This document shows positions 19,994 through 29,505 of a stretch of DNA of 64,000 nucleotides, in pieces. This DNA is from Promethearchaeota archaeon (GTDB lineage Archaea; Asgardarchaeota; Lokiarchaeia; Sigyniarchaeales; SOKP01). Position numbers and translations under genes: made by a program. The stretch lies in contig JABCSY010000003.1 of NCBI GenBank assembly GCA_018238625.1, positions 1,764 to 65,763 on the forward strand, in the 5' to 3' direction. A model generated the notes under the pieces. The model made no database searches. It saw only the letters and a list, made by a program, of their open reading frames with translations, and was not told where the DNA came from. How positions within the stretch are numbered: position 1 is the first letter of the stretch; every line of letters begins with the position of its first letter.

Positions 19994-20575
19994 ATGGCAC
20001 TTAAGAAATTAGGCGATTTAAATAGGAAATATATAACGATCATTCAATTTGCAGTTGCTTTACTTATATCTTTACTATTTCAATTCATTATTCCCTTTTC
20101 TTGGCAACCGTTGGACGCGTATGAAAGCGGTTATAACATAATGCATGGCGATCCTGAGACTAATTTAGTGTTCTTTACGATAAGTCAATGGTATTTTTCG
20201 TTTTCTATCGTATGGTTTTTGCGTCGTGATAATAAATACATAAATCACTTTATCCTTTATTCGATTTTTCCTTTAAGCTTAATTGTCGTATTGGAATTTA
20301 GCGTATTGGGACTCTATTACGATTATATCCATATTTTCCCATTAATAATTGCGTTTTATATCACATGGAAAAAACGGGATAGTTTAATACCGCATTATAT
20401 AATCTATTATACAATCTTTTTAACTACTTGGCTCTTTACGGTATATTTTTTAGAATTGGCATATTACGGGGCTCCACTATGGACATTTATTTTAAACTGG
20501 AGTGTTAATACATTGCTTAACATAGCCTATACTTTCTTCGTTATATATTTAAAAAAAAGGAGTAAAAAGTCCTAA
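19994..20575 (+). CDS. Integral membrane protein (about 6 TM), unknown function
   Basis: 193-aa hydrophobic ORF. Confidence 0.5.
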   Translation: MALKKLGDLNRKYITIIQFAVALLISLLFQFIIPFSWQPLDAYESGYNIMHGDPETNLVFFTISQWYFSFSIVWFLRRDNKYINHFILYSIFPLSLIVVLEFSVLGLYYDYIHIFPLIIAFYITWKKRDSLIPHYIIYYTIFLTTWLFTVYFLELAYYGAPLWTFILNWSVNTLLNIAYTFFVIYLKKRSKKS

Positions 20576-21070
20576 CTATACAATTTTCGAACCACAGAAT
20601 TCGCAAAATCTAAGATTTTTAGCCTCTTTCATGGAAGCTCCGCAAGTAGGGCAAAAATTAGGTTTTTTTTGAGTGGGAGCGCCCTTTTGAAAAACTTCAT
20701 ATTCAGCAACTATTTTATCTTCTTTTATTGCTGGGAATTCATAACCGCAAATATCGCAATACTTATTGTTTTTGTGCGTATAAATATTGCAATTTGGACA
20801 TTTGCTTATTAATTTCAAGCCGCAATTGCGGCAATACTCTGTGTAAACGCTAGTTGGATAGTTGCAACGTGGACAATACTTTTTTGATTCTCCCGAATAA
20901 CGATAAACAACAATACCTATTATAACAAATATTATTACGGGAGTTACGACGAGTAGAAAAATGTTAATTCCAATGAAAAAAAGTGCGACCACTATAAAAC
21001 CGACTACTAAAAAAGTAACTAAACCACTCAATACGGAGAAACTTTTACGTTTGACTTGTTTAAAACTCAT
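20576..21070 (-). CDS. Membrane-anchored multi-zinc-ribbon protein
   Basis: N-terminal double TM segment, then CPRCNY..CRNCG, CPNCN..CDICG and CPTCG..CEFCG ribbons. Confidence 0.55.
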   Translation of the reverse strand: MSFKQVKRKSFSVLSGLVTFLVVGFIVVALFFIGINIFLLVVTPVIIFVIIGIVVYRYSGESKKYCPRCNYPTSVYTEYCRNCGLKLISKCPNCNIYTHKNNKYCDICGYEFPAIKEDKIVAEYEVFQKGAPTQKKPNFCPTCGASMKEAKNLRFCEFCGSKIV

Positions 21071-21121
21071 TTGATACTACTCTAATTGTACTTTGTAATA
21101 TTTTCTAATGTTCTAAAGAAT

Positions 21122-21325
21122 TCATTGTTTTAATATTGATTCTTTTTCATTCTGTTTTGTTTTGCAATAGGGACAAATCTTAGTATTGCTATCAATTTTT
21201 TCTCCACACGCAAAACATAGATTTTTGCTTTCTCCATATTGGATTTTATTACCTGTATCTTTTACGGTTTTTCTTGCTTTATCTGTAATATTAATTTTTG
21301 ACATAATAAGCTCAATTTGATGCAA
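21122..21325 (-). CDS. Small zinc-ribbon protein
   Basis: CFACGEKIDSNTKICPYCKT. Confidence 0.4.
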   Translation of the reverse strand: MHQIELIMSKINITDKARKTVKDTGNKIQYGESKNLCFACGEKIDSNTKICPYCKTKQNEKESILKQ

Positions 21326-21523
21326 TAATTATTTTGTAATCTTCAATTAATATATTTTAGACAAAACCTATAAAAAAAATGGAGTCCAATTTTTATTTTC
21401 TAAGTACCAATAAATTCGCTATAATAACAAAATTTAAGTTCTTGAATCGACTTTAAAATAATACGGAACGTCTTTAATAAAATTAATTAAGTAAAAAAAT
21501 TACTATAAAGAGATTAATGAAAA

Positions 21524-21727
21524 ATGCCAGGAAGTCATGGTAGTTTAACAAAAGCTGGAAAAGTTAAGCAGCAAACACCAAAAATACGAAGGACTGGAGT
21601 GAATTCAAGGAAGAAAAAGCCTCCAAGAATGAGATACCGCGATCTTTATATACAGAGAATTGAGAAAGGGGAATACGCTGGACAGCGTGAATCTATAGGC
21701 GCTAAACGAGCATCCTACAAACGATAA
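21524..21727 (+). CDS. rps30e: Ribosomal protein eS30 (S30e)
   Basis: MPGSHGSLTKAGKVKQQTPKI... is the conserved eS30 N-terminus. Basic, 67 aa. Confidence 0.85.
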   Translation: MPGSHGSLTKAGKVKQQTPKIRRTGVNSRKKKPPRMRYRDLYIQRIEKGEYAGQRESIGAKRASYKR

Positions 21728-21746
21728 ATCTAGTTTTTTTATAATT

Positions 21747-23636
21747 TTAACCTAACACTCCAATCTTCTTTAATTGGTTAATTAAAATTTGACTTTGTTT
21801 ATAATAGTGTGTTGAGTTATTACTATCACCAGCTAGTATGTCAAAATAATCACACATTAGCAAATTCCATCGAATTGCTCTACGGATTCCTGATATTTTT
21901 TTTAGGTTAAGATAAAGTCGCTTTTCGATTTTTTTCATTAAATATAGTGATTTTTTTGAATCGACCCTGTGATGAATATAGAACTCGGCTAATTCTAAAA
22001 CTAAATCAAATAAAATAGAAGAGTTTTTCTTCTCGTCATAATCTAAACCAACGGCCTCTATGCCAGTGCGTAACGATTTTTGAGCTTGGGATAAATTATC
22101 TTTTGATTTGTAGTATTTGGCTCGCTTGAGATGATAATTTAACTTAACTTTAATCGAACTGTTTCCTAATTGAAAAGTTTTCTTGAAATAATTTTTAGAC
22201 TGAGCTAACTTATTCTGTTTCAAATTAATTAATCCCAAGTATAAGTAAGCCATACCAAGGAATTCGTCTTTATCAGTAATTTCTTCTTCTTTTTCCAAGA
22301 AATTGACGATAATATTAAAGTGAGACAAAGCTTCATCAAATTGTTCAGTTTTATAAAACCACTTACCTAAATAATATTGTATTTTTATAATATATTCTAT
22401 TGGTACCTCTCCAGATTTAGCAACTCCCATCGCGCTTTGTAAATAATTGAGCGCAACTTCATCTTGATTTAGTAATGAGGCGATTTTTCTTAATTTTAAT
22501 AATATTGAGACTACAATTTTCTTTTGCCTGTTTTTATTGAAAATTTTTAAAGAGTTATTTAGCAATTGAGTAGCCTCATCAAACCTATAATTCTTTATTA
22601 ACTTTTCTGCTTCTGTATAGGAATTAATTGATTCGATCAGTTCAAAATTAGTAGGTGGTGTATTAAATAGGTCGTTGTGAATCTGATATAATTCTCCTTT
22701 TGATAATGTGCTTTCGTAATGTAACGCTGAAAATGGAAAGTTATTTCTTTCTAACTCAAATCCTTTTGATTCTAATTCTCTTTCAGGGATAAATGTTACA
22801 TAATCATTTTGATTAATTTCTGCTAAAGTTATTATTTCTAATATCGAATTCAACATCATTCTGGAAAACTTAATCCAATTCTCAACATACATTTCTAACT
22901 TAAACTCAGTATCGTTAAACAAAGAACTTAAAATATAAGGAGAATAGCAATCGAAAGAAGATCTAATAAAAAATTTATGATATTCCAAATCCTTAAAAAA
23001 AGTGAAAAAGCCTTTTTCTAATATGAAAAACTCATCAAATTTTTCTTCATTTGAAAAAAATAACGTTTCAGAAGCTCGAAGTTTAGGAACTCCATCTCTC
23101 AATTCCCACGGAAGTTTAAATGTAGGTTTTAATCTAGTGTTTTTCAAAGCGTTTACTATTTTATTTGTATACACTCCGTCAAATTGTTGGAACTTGTCGT
23201 GTTTATTCATTAAAGAAATGCGTATACGATTTAACCACGTATTATTGTTCTCGTCGGTTATTGGTTCAGGCATTAACAGATTTAACAGGTCAAGTAACTC
23301 GTTCTCCTTACCTTTGATGGGAAAATTATGCTCTAAAGAAACTTGAAGGGCTAAATCTCGGAGCATCTTCATTAAAAGAAGAATAACCTTATGAGTATTT
23401 TGATTTAGATCCCATAATTTAAAAGCCATACATATGCGAAAACTAATTACCTCAAGCGGAAAATTTAACCTTAGAGGGAGCGAAACTGGAAATTTAATTG
23501 TAAATATTATTAATTTATCCTTTTTAACGCTATACCTGAAATAGTTTTCAATAGTTCCATCTATTTTCCAACCATTTCGTTCGATTACTTCTCTTAAATT
23601 GTTTAATTCGTTAGAGGAAAAAGGTCTTATTGACAT
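21747..23636 (-). CDS. Large hypothetical protein with C-terminal TPR-like repeats
   Basis: 629 aa. The C-terminal half has helical-repeat signatures (AEKLIKNYRFDEATQLLNNSLKIF, LGKWFYKTEQFDEALSHFNI, LGLINLKQNKLAQSKNYFKKT). Confidence 0.5.
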   Translation of the reverse strand: MSIRPFSSNELNNLREVIERNGWKIDGTIENYFRYSVKKDKLIIFTIKFPVSLPLRLNFPLEVISFRICMAFKLWDLNQNTHKVILLLMKMLRDLALQVSLEHNFPIKGKENELLDLLNLLMPEPITDENNNTWLNRIRISLMNKHDKFQQFDGVYTNKIVNALKNTRLKPTFKLPWELRDGVPKLRASETLFFSNEEKFDEFFILEKGFFTFFKDLEYHKFFIRSSFDCYSPYILSSLFNDTEFKLEMYVENWIKFSRMMLNSILEIITLAEINQNDYVTFIPERELESKGFELERNNFPFSALHYESTLSKGELYQIHNDLFNTPPTNFELIESINSYTEAEKLIKNYRFDEATQLLNNSLKIFNKNRQKKIVVSILLKLRKIASLLNQDEVALNYLQSAMGVAKSGEVPIEYIIKIQYYLGKWFYKTEQFDEALSHFNIIVNFLEKEEEITDKDEFLGMAYLYLGLINLKQNKLAQSKNYFKKTFQLGNSSIKVKLNYHLKRAKYYKSKDNLSQAQKSLRTGIEAVGLDYDEKKNSSILFDLVLELAEFYIHHRVDSKKSLYLMKKIEKRLYLNLKKISGIRRAIRWNLLMCDYFDILAGDSNNSTHYYKQSQILINQLKKIGVLG

Positions 23637-23779
23637 AAATTACAATAAAAAAGTATTTTCTTTTAATAAACTAAGAAAAAACTCTATTATTAATTTTTAC
23701 AAAACATATTATCAATTATATATAGTTGAATTTACTTAGATAATCTTGAGAATTAATTAAAATTACATTAGGTTTTATA

Positions 23780-24475
23780 ATGGATATTACAAAATTTAAC
23801 AAAAACCTAGCGGAAAAAGTTGCTAAAGCGAACGCTTACGAAAAAAACAATAGAATTCAAGACGCTATAGATTCTTGGGTAGAAATCTCTGAAATGGCAC
23901 TCAAAGCTTCAAAAACACCTAATTTAGATTTCTCTTACAGATCAATGATAATTAAAAAGGCTCAGCAAATTATTGAACACATCAAAGAGTTAAAAGTAAA
24001 AATACAACAAAGTATTGAACCAAGTTCTTTACTTATTGATGATGCATTTGACGAGGAATCTTTTCATGAGACCGACTCTTCTGAAGAAATTATTTATGAA
24101 GAAATGGAACAAAAATCTCCTAAGACTGTAAGTACTTCTAAGGACATAAACAATAGCGATATCCTCGAGAAGGACAATGAAACTAAAATCGTAGAAGATA
24201 GTGAATTTAAAAATTTACCAAAAGGATTTAAAGAAATCGAAGTTTCTAAAGATTTTGAAATTGTTACCCCACACGACAAGGATTACGTAGAGAAAATTAT
24301 AAAACAAGACATTGATATGAGTATTTTTAAACACGACAAGCAGAATTCTCAACCTCAACAACACATTGAGTTAGAACAACCAAAAGACGACAAACAAATC
24401 GTATGTTTTGCGTGTGGTACTATCTCACCATCCAACACCAAGATTTGTCCAAATTGTGGAACACAACTAAGCTAA
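23780..24475 (+). CDS. MIT-like three-helix N-domain, acidic linker, C-terminal zinc ribbon
   Basis: AEKVAKANAYEKNNRIQDAIDSWVEISEMALK...IIKKAQQIIEHIKELK resembles MIT domains. C-terminal CFACG..CPNCG. Confidence 0.35.
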   Translation: MDITKFNKNLAEKVAKANAYEKNNRIQDAIDSWVEISEMALKASKTPNLDFSYRSMIIKKAQQIIEHIKELKVKIQQSIEPSSLLIDDAFDEESFHETDSSEEIIYEEMEQKSPKTVSTSKDINNSDILEKDNETKIVEDSEFKNLPKGFKEIEVSKDFEIVTPHDKDYVEKIIKQDIDMSIFKHDKQNSQPQQHIELEQPKDDKQIVCFACGTISPSNTKICPNCGTQLS

Positions 24476-25155
24476 AAATTGTAAAAGTTTCCAGCATCTT
24501 TCAGAGAATAAACTCCAAACCTTTCAGACCTTTTTCTTTTCAACGTAATCCAACCTAACCTTGTGTCTTTAAGAGCTAATTGAGTTTTATACAATGCCAT
24601 GATGTTGTAAACTTTATCCCGATATTCTGCCATCCGAATTTTTATTTGTTTTTCCATTGGAGCCTTCATTACATTATATATCGCGTAGACGTAAAATTCC
24701 ACATCCTTTAAGTTGAGCTCCATTGCGGCGGTCTTAGCTATACTGTGAGTTGCTTGATGATCTGAATGGTTATTATTATCGCTCGGCAAAACAATTCTGT
24801 TCGCATCTTTTATAATTTCCTTAGAGAGCTCTACTCCTTTGTCAATTTGATTGATTGCGTCTTGATCGTGAATTTTAAAAAGGTGAACATTACTATTGGG
24901 AAATCCAAAAGCTTTTGCTACTTCTTCGGCTTCACTTAACCCTATTTTTCCTATTTCGTCCTCGCTCAGATTAATATAATCTTTCGCTTCTTCTTCTAGC
25001 AGTTGATCGTGTTCTATGCCCCATGTAATTAAAACGCGGTTGTCGGTAACATATACGATATGGACATCATGGCCCTCTTCCATCCATTTTAAAATACTTC
25101 CACCGCATCCATAAATCTCATCGTCGGGGTGTGGCGCAAATACAACAATTTTCAT
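24472..25155 (-). CDS. PIG-L/LmbE-family N-acetylglucosaminyl deacetylase
   Basis: VVFAPHPDDEIYGCGGSILKW and HSDHQATH zinc-site motifs. Confidence 0.8.
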   Translation of the reverse strand: MKIVVFAPHPDDEIYGCGGSILKWMEEGHDVHIVYVTDNRVLITWGIEHDQLLEEEAKDYINLSEDEIGKIGLSEAEEVAKAFGFPNSNVHLFKIHDQDAINQIDKGVELSKEIIKDANRIVLPSDNNNHSDHQATHSIAKTAAMELNLKDVEFYVYAIYNVMKAPMEKQIKIRMAEYRDKVYNIMALYKTQLALKDTRLGWITLKRKRSERFGVYSLKDAGNFYNF

Positions 25156-25456
25156 CCTTTTTATCCTAGAAATTATATTAATAATTCTTTATATTTTATA
25201 TTTTAAACGATATTTAATTTTAATTATTCCGCTTTTATTTGTACATTTTGTTGTTAAAAGAGTTAAGAGGTAAATAGTAATAAATATGTATGAAAATAGT
25301 ATAAATTTCAGTTATTGTCTAAAAAATATTTCGCTCTACAATTATCTCAATTTTTTATATCTCATAAAAAATTATCATAAATTTTATTAATTCGTTTGAC
25401 GAAATCTATATTGTAATTTAAAATTTGAATGATAATGATTTGTTTTTAATAGTGGA

Positions 25457-26317
25457 TTGATTCCAAAAATGAATGACCTTGTGTTATTAAGTTTAATAAT
25501 TTTTATTTTTATAAGAGTCATAGGATTAGGAATTTCAATTGATTTTCTAAACGGTACAAAAGCAGAAAAATTTAAATTTCTCGCTTTGGGGTGGTTTTTT
25601 TGGATGTTAGGCGTAGTAACTCCCATCCTTTCAAATTTAGTTGAAAACATTTTCCTGAAAGAGATTTTACTTGTTCTTAACGCATTTCTTGCTGCTTTAG
25701 GAACAATTTTTGTTTTATGGGGGTTTTTTAAATATTTTATGACGGTTTCATTTAAAAAAATGGTAATATTAATTTTCATTTTCTTTATTAGTACTGTTCT
25801 TCTTTTCTTAATTACGGATTATGTAGTAACAATTGCGTTCTGTGCTCTGTTTATGAACTTATTATTTTTTAGTACTTTTGTAATTCCACCAATAAAGAAA
25901 AAAAGTTTTAAGAAATTTATGGGAAGAAGTATTATTTGGTATTATGCTTCAGTTCTAATCTTATCCATATTCTTTCCGGTTTCAATAATAATTGCTTTAC
26001 AAGGATATAGGTATGGGCTATATAACGCAGACGATCCCGTACTAATAACATTCAACTATCTTCCTATTATGATCACAAGTATTTTATTTATTATCTTACT
26101 TGTTCATTTAGAATATACTACATCATCTCGCCAACAATTAGAGTTGAAAGATAACTACTCTCACGATTTAGGAAACATATTGCAAGTTATCTCCAGCGCT
26201 TTTGAACTAATCGAAATGAAAGGTAGATCTGAAGCAGAAACATCTGAACTAGGAGAATTATTAAAAGATAAGTTGAATGAGGCTGCTAAACAGATAAGAG
26301 ACATCCGTGAGCTTTAA
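25457..26317 (+). CDS. Polytopic membrane protein ending in a HisKA-like H-box, with no ATPase domain
   Basis: About 7 TM segments, then ELKDNYSHDLGNILQVISSAFELIE (H-box SHDLxN). The ORF stops about 55 aa later. The likely start is the ATG at 25469. Confidence 0.5.
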   Translation: MIPKMNDLVLLSLIIFIFIRVIGLGISIDFLNGTKAEKFKFLALGWFFWMLGVVTPILSNLVENIFLKEILLVLNAFLAALGTIFVLWGFFKYFMTVSFKKMVILIFIFFISTVLLFLITDYVVTIAFCALFMNLLFFSTFVIPPIKKKSFKKFMGRSIIWYYASVLILSIFFPVSIIIALQGYRYGLYNADDPVLITFNYLPIMITSILFIILLVHLEYTTSSRQQLELKDNYSHDLGNILQVISSAFELIEMKGRSEAETSELGELLKDKLNEAAKQIRDIREL

Positions 26318-26369
26318 AATCGTTAATTCTTTTTTTTAGAATTATTAGAAAAACCCAAAATTTGAGTTA

Positions 26370-26960
26370 TTAATATCTTTTTTTTCTATTCCTATTTGCT
26401 CGTGTTTCTTCATATCTTTCAATAGCTTTTTCCCGCCAAACCGTATTCCACTTTTTGAATCCAGATTTAACGTATTTTTCTCGTTTAAAGAAATCGTAAG
26501 AAACCCAATTAAAAAGAACAAAATAACGCTTTGCCCCGCTTTTACGAGTCAATTTTTTTGATCGAACTCCTAGATCGTTTCTCAAATGTTCGACTAGCCT
26601 ATCTTCTACAGCATCTTGTAATTTTCCTTCAATTATGGCGGGTTCACTCTTTATTCCAACGTCGTTAAAGTATTCCCTTACTTGATCGAAGATGTTCCCG
26701 CGACATAATAGCACTTTTTCAGTTTTCTTATCAAATTTTAATTCTTTCAGCCCTTCCTTGACTAAATCAACGGTCATTTTATAAGGTTCTTTATTTTTCC
26801 AATTATCTCCCTTGAATAGTTCCACGGAAAGTGCTTTGAATAACATTTCGCCCGTTTCTTGCCTCAAGAAACCAATAAAAGCGTCTCCTACTAAGTCCCC
26901 AGTCCCACTATCGTCTATTTCGATTGTCAATGGTTTTTGTGTTAAAAATCTTGTGTTCAA
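26370..26960 (-). CDS. Hypothetical protein with basic C-terminus
   Basis: 196-aa ORF. N-terminal IEIDDSGTGDLVGDAFIG is faintly RNase H-like. No firm family. Confidence 0.4.
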   Translation of the reverse strand: MNTRFLTQKPLTIEIDDSGTGDLVGDAFIGFLRQETGEMLFKALSVELFKGDNWKNKEPYKMTVDLVKEGLKELKFDKKTEKVLLCRGNIFDQVREYFNDVGIKSEPAIIEGKLQDAVEDRLVEHLRNDLGVRSKKLTRKSGAKRYFVLFNWVSYDFFKREKYVKSGFKKWNTVWREKAIERYEETRANRNRKKRY

Positions 26961-27081
26961 AACTTTTTATAAAAATTGCTGATTATATTATGATATTAAG
27001 AATAATTTAAAATACCTTTGAACGATAAAGGGTTGTCTAAATAAATAAAATCAAATCAATCTTGCTAATAATCGAAAAAAA

Positions 27082-27870
27082 ATGGAAGTAGAAATTTTAG
27101 TAATTGGAAACGAAATCCTTATTGGAAAGACCCAAGATACTAATTCAAATTGGATGGCTAAAAGGGTAACGAAATACGGGCATAGGTTAAAAAGAATAAC
27201 TGCTATAGAAGATAGTATTGAGGTTATTTCAAATACCCTACAAACTATTTTAAAACGCAAACCAGATATGATAATTACTTCGGGAGGGATTGGACCTACA
27301 TTTGACGATATGACTTTAGCGGGGATAGCAAAGGGTTTAAATCGAGAATTAGAGCTAAACGAACACGCTTACAATTCTATAAAGAAGGCATATGAACACG
27401 CTTACGAAAGAGGAATTTTGAAACTTGAAGGCATGACCAAAGAAAGAGAAAAAATGGCACATCTTCCTCAAGGATCGACACCACTACCAAATATAAGAGG
27501 GACCGCCCCTGGAGTGAAAGTTAAGGAAGGTGAAACGGCAATTTTCGTGCTACCCGGTGTTCCCGCTGAAATGAAAGCGATTTTTCTTAACATTGTCAAA
27601 CCAATACTTAAAGAAAAAAGGGGAAAATTCGTAGAAAAGGGTTTCATTTTTACGGGTATTGGTGAATCTCAGATAGCTCCTTATGTTACTAAAGTTGAAG
27701 AGAAGTATCCTCAGTTATGGATTAAAACACACCCAAGGATCGGACTTGCAGTTGAAGTAGAAGTATCGATTACCTGTTTTAACGTTGAAAATGGAGAAGA
27801 ATTAGCAGAAAAAGCTTTGAAAGAAATAAAGGAGGTTATAGTAAAATTAGATGGTGAAATTAAATTATAA
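27082..27870 (+). CDS. CinA-like / MoaB-Mog molybdopterin-binding-fold protein
   Basis: ILVIGNEILIGKTQDTNSNWMAKRV...ITSGGIGPTFDDMT is the CinA N-terminal domain signature. Confidence 0.75.
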   Translation: MEVEILVIGNEILIGKTQDTNSNWMAKRVTKYGHRLKRITAIEDSIEVISNTLQTILKRKPDMIITSGGIGPTFDDMTLAGIAKGLNRELELNEHAYNSIKKAYEHAYERGILKLEGMTKEREKMAHLPQGSTPLPNIRGTAPGVKVKEGETAIFVLPGVPAEMKAIFLNIVKPILKEKRGKFVEKGFIFTGIGESQIAPYVTKVEEKYPQLWIKTHPRIGLAVEVEVSITCFNVENGEELAEKALKEIKEVIVKLDGEIKL

Positions 27871-27910
27871 ATGGAAATACTACCATAAAATTAAGGAATA
27901 AATTATTTTA

Positions 27911-27977
27911 GATGCCACCTTACGGGTGGAAACTCAATAAGCGCTCACTATCCAAGTGTTTTTTGCTTATATCAAAG
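27911..27977 (-). promoter_or_regulatory. Candidate SECIS element in the selD-1 3' UTR
   Basis: RNA sense: UGAU-AUAAGC-AAAAAA-CAC-UUGGAUA-GUG-AGC-GCUUAU-UGAG, followed by the hairpin CCACC-CGUAA-GGUGG. Begins about 10 nt after the stop. Conserved with 29436-29499. Confidence 0.55.
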
Positions 27978-27986
27978 ACATCTCTA

Positions 27987-29012
27987 TTACTTGATAATCT
28001 CAATATTTTCTGCATTATCAGCAATTCTAACTAAGCTTGGTTCAATGTTATCAATTGTGCCTACAATCCAATTCTCTATACTATTACTAATAAGAGCATT
28101 TGAAAATTCTTCAACCTTTTTAGGATCAATAGCAATCAACATCCCTCCAGCAGTTTCATGACAGCTACAATCGTCAAAAGCGTATCCTAATTCTTCTGAA
28201 AGTTCCTTTGAAAATCTTATTGATGGAATGGTTTCAATGATTGCTGATAAGGTAGAATTCTGCAGCATTTCTTTTATATGACCACTTAATCCAAAACCCG
28301 TTACATCTGTAAGCGCATGAACGAATGAAAAATCTTGATAAGAATGAATAGTTTTTACTACATTCTGATTTGGTGTAATCATTAATTCTATAGCATAATC
28401 AATTGATTTTTGTAGTTCACTTCTTGAATATTGTTCTAACATTTCAGGCATATTATTAAGTATCCTATAAGCAGCCATAGTCGCCTGTAGGCCAATGGGT
28501 TTAGTTAGAATCAATTTATCTCCTTCTTTAACTCCTTGTTTTAGAATTATTGAGTCTTTGTGAGCAAAACCCGAAGCCTCCCCCCCAATCATTGGCCATT
28601 CGCTATATATAGTATGGCCTCCAACTACTTGCGAATTAATTTTTTCTTCCATAAAATATTTAATTCCTTTTAATATTCCTTCAGCTACTTCCATTGGAGT
28701 ATTAGTATTGATCCCTAAAAATACTAACATTCCAGAAATATCTGGAACATTCATCGCAAATATGTCACTGGTTACATTAGACGCAGCAATTTGACCCATA
28801 ACTTCTGGTTCGTCGACAATAGGGGTAAAAACATCAATATTTTTGACCATCACTAAATCACTGTTTGGGACTGGGATGATCGCAGCATCTTCAATATCGC
28901 CTTGTAATCCCGCTCTCGCTAGTAAGTTCTCTAGGCTATTTGGACCAAGTTTACAACTTCATCCGTGAATCTTAACCTGTGAAGTAAGTCTATATACTTC
29001 CTTTTTCTCCAT
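27987..29012 (-). CDS. selD: Selenophosphate synthetase, Sec-containing (in-frame UGA at 28961-28959)
   Basis: The track ORF 27987-28853 extends upstream through TGA to the ATG at 29012 (SD GAGGTGA): MEKKEVYRLTSQVKIHG-U-SCKLGPNSLENLLARAGLQGDIEDAAIIPVP... The G-[U/C]-x-C-K motif and AIR-synthase-like body (GGHTIYSEWP..GGEASG, TDVTGFGLSGH) are typical of SelD. Confidence 0.85.
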
Positions 29013-29435
29013 TTTTCACCTCAAATCTTATTTTATTTTAAATTTTATTGATTTAATTTTGTAATAAAGGAATCAAGAATAGTTAATTGAAAAAATCTCT
29101 CTTATTTATTAATATTATCGATTCTATTTATCTATTTTTTCGATAAGGAAATTTATTCAATTTTAAAACAATATTACACCCGTGTTATAAGGACTTTAAT
29201 AAAACAGTTGGTGTTCAAGGTAACTAAAAACTACTTAAGTAATTTTATTGTATGCTTATTTTCCGGTTAAGACAAAAAAAAATTGAAGATAATTTCAATC
29301 AAAATGTAAATTCTTTAGGGTTTTCAAGGCGTTTTTTTAGATTGTACTTAAAAGAATGGAAGCGCAAAAATCTAAGTGAAATTTAAGATTTGGAAAATTA
29401 ATTATAAATTGATAATAAAAACAGTAAAGCTTTTC

Positions 29436-29499
29436 GATGCCTTCTTGCGAGGGTACTCTCAATAAGCTCTCACATATAGTGTTTTAGCTTATTTCATTG
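29436..29499 (-). promoter_or_regulatory. Candidate SECIS element in the selD-2 3' UTR
   Basis: RNA sense: AUGA-AAUAAGC-UAAAA-CAC-UAUAU-GUG-AGA-GCUUAUU-GAG. Same architecture as 27911-27977, with divergent loops and conserved stems. Begins about 7 nt after the stop. Confidence 0.55.
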
Positions 29500-29505
29500 A
29501 CATCG

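Noticed and set aside
25387-25779. 130-aa minus-strand ORF overlapping the start of the membrane/HisKA gene.
   Set aside because: Lys/Asn/Phe-rich low-complexity translation typical of AT-rich antisense frames. It overlaps a longer ORF with coherent TM topology.
28854-29012. The selD genes might be pseudogenes split by premature TGA stops (likewise 30454-30543).
   Set aside because: The TGA falls on the catalytic Cys/Sec codon of the SelD active-site loop in both diverged paralogs. The upstream extensions are open, start at an ATG with GAGGTGA, and both genes carry a conserved downstream stem-loop. Sec decoding is the better explanation.
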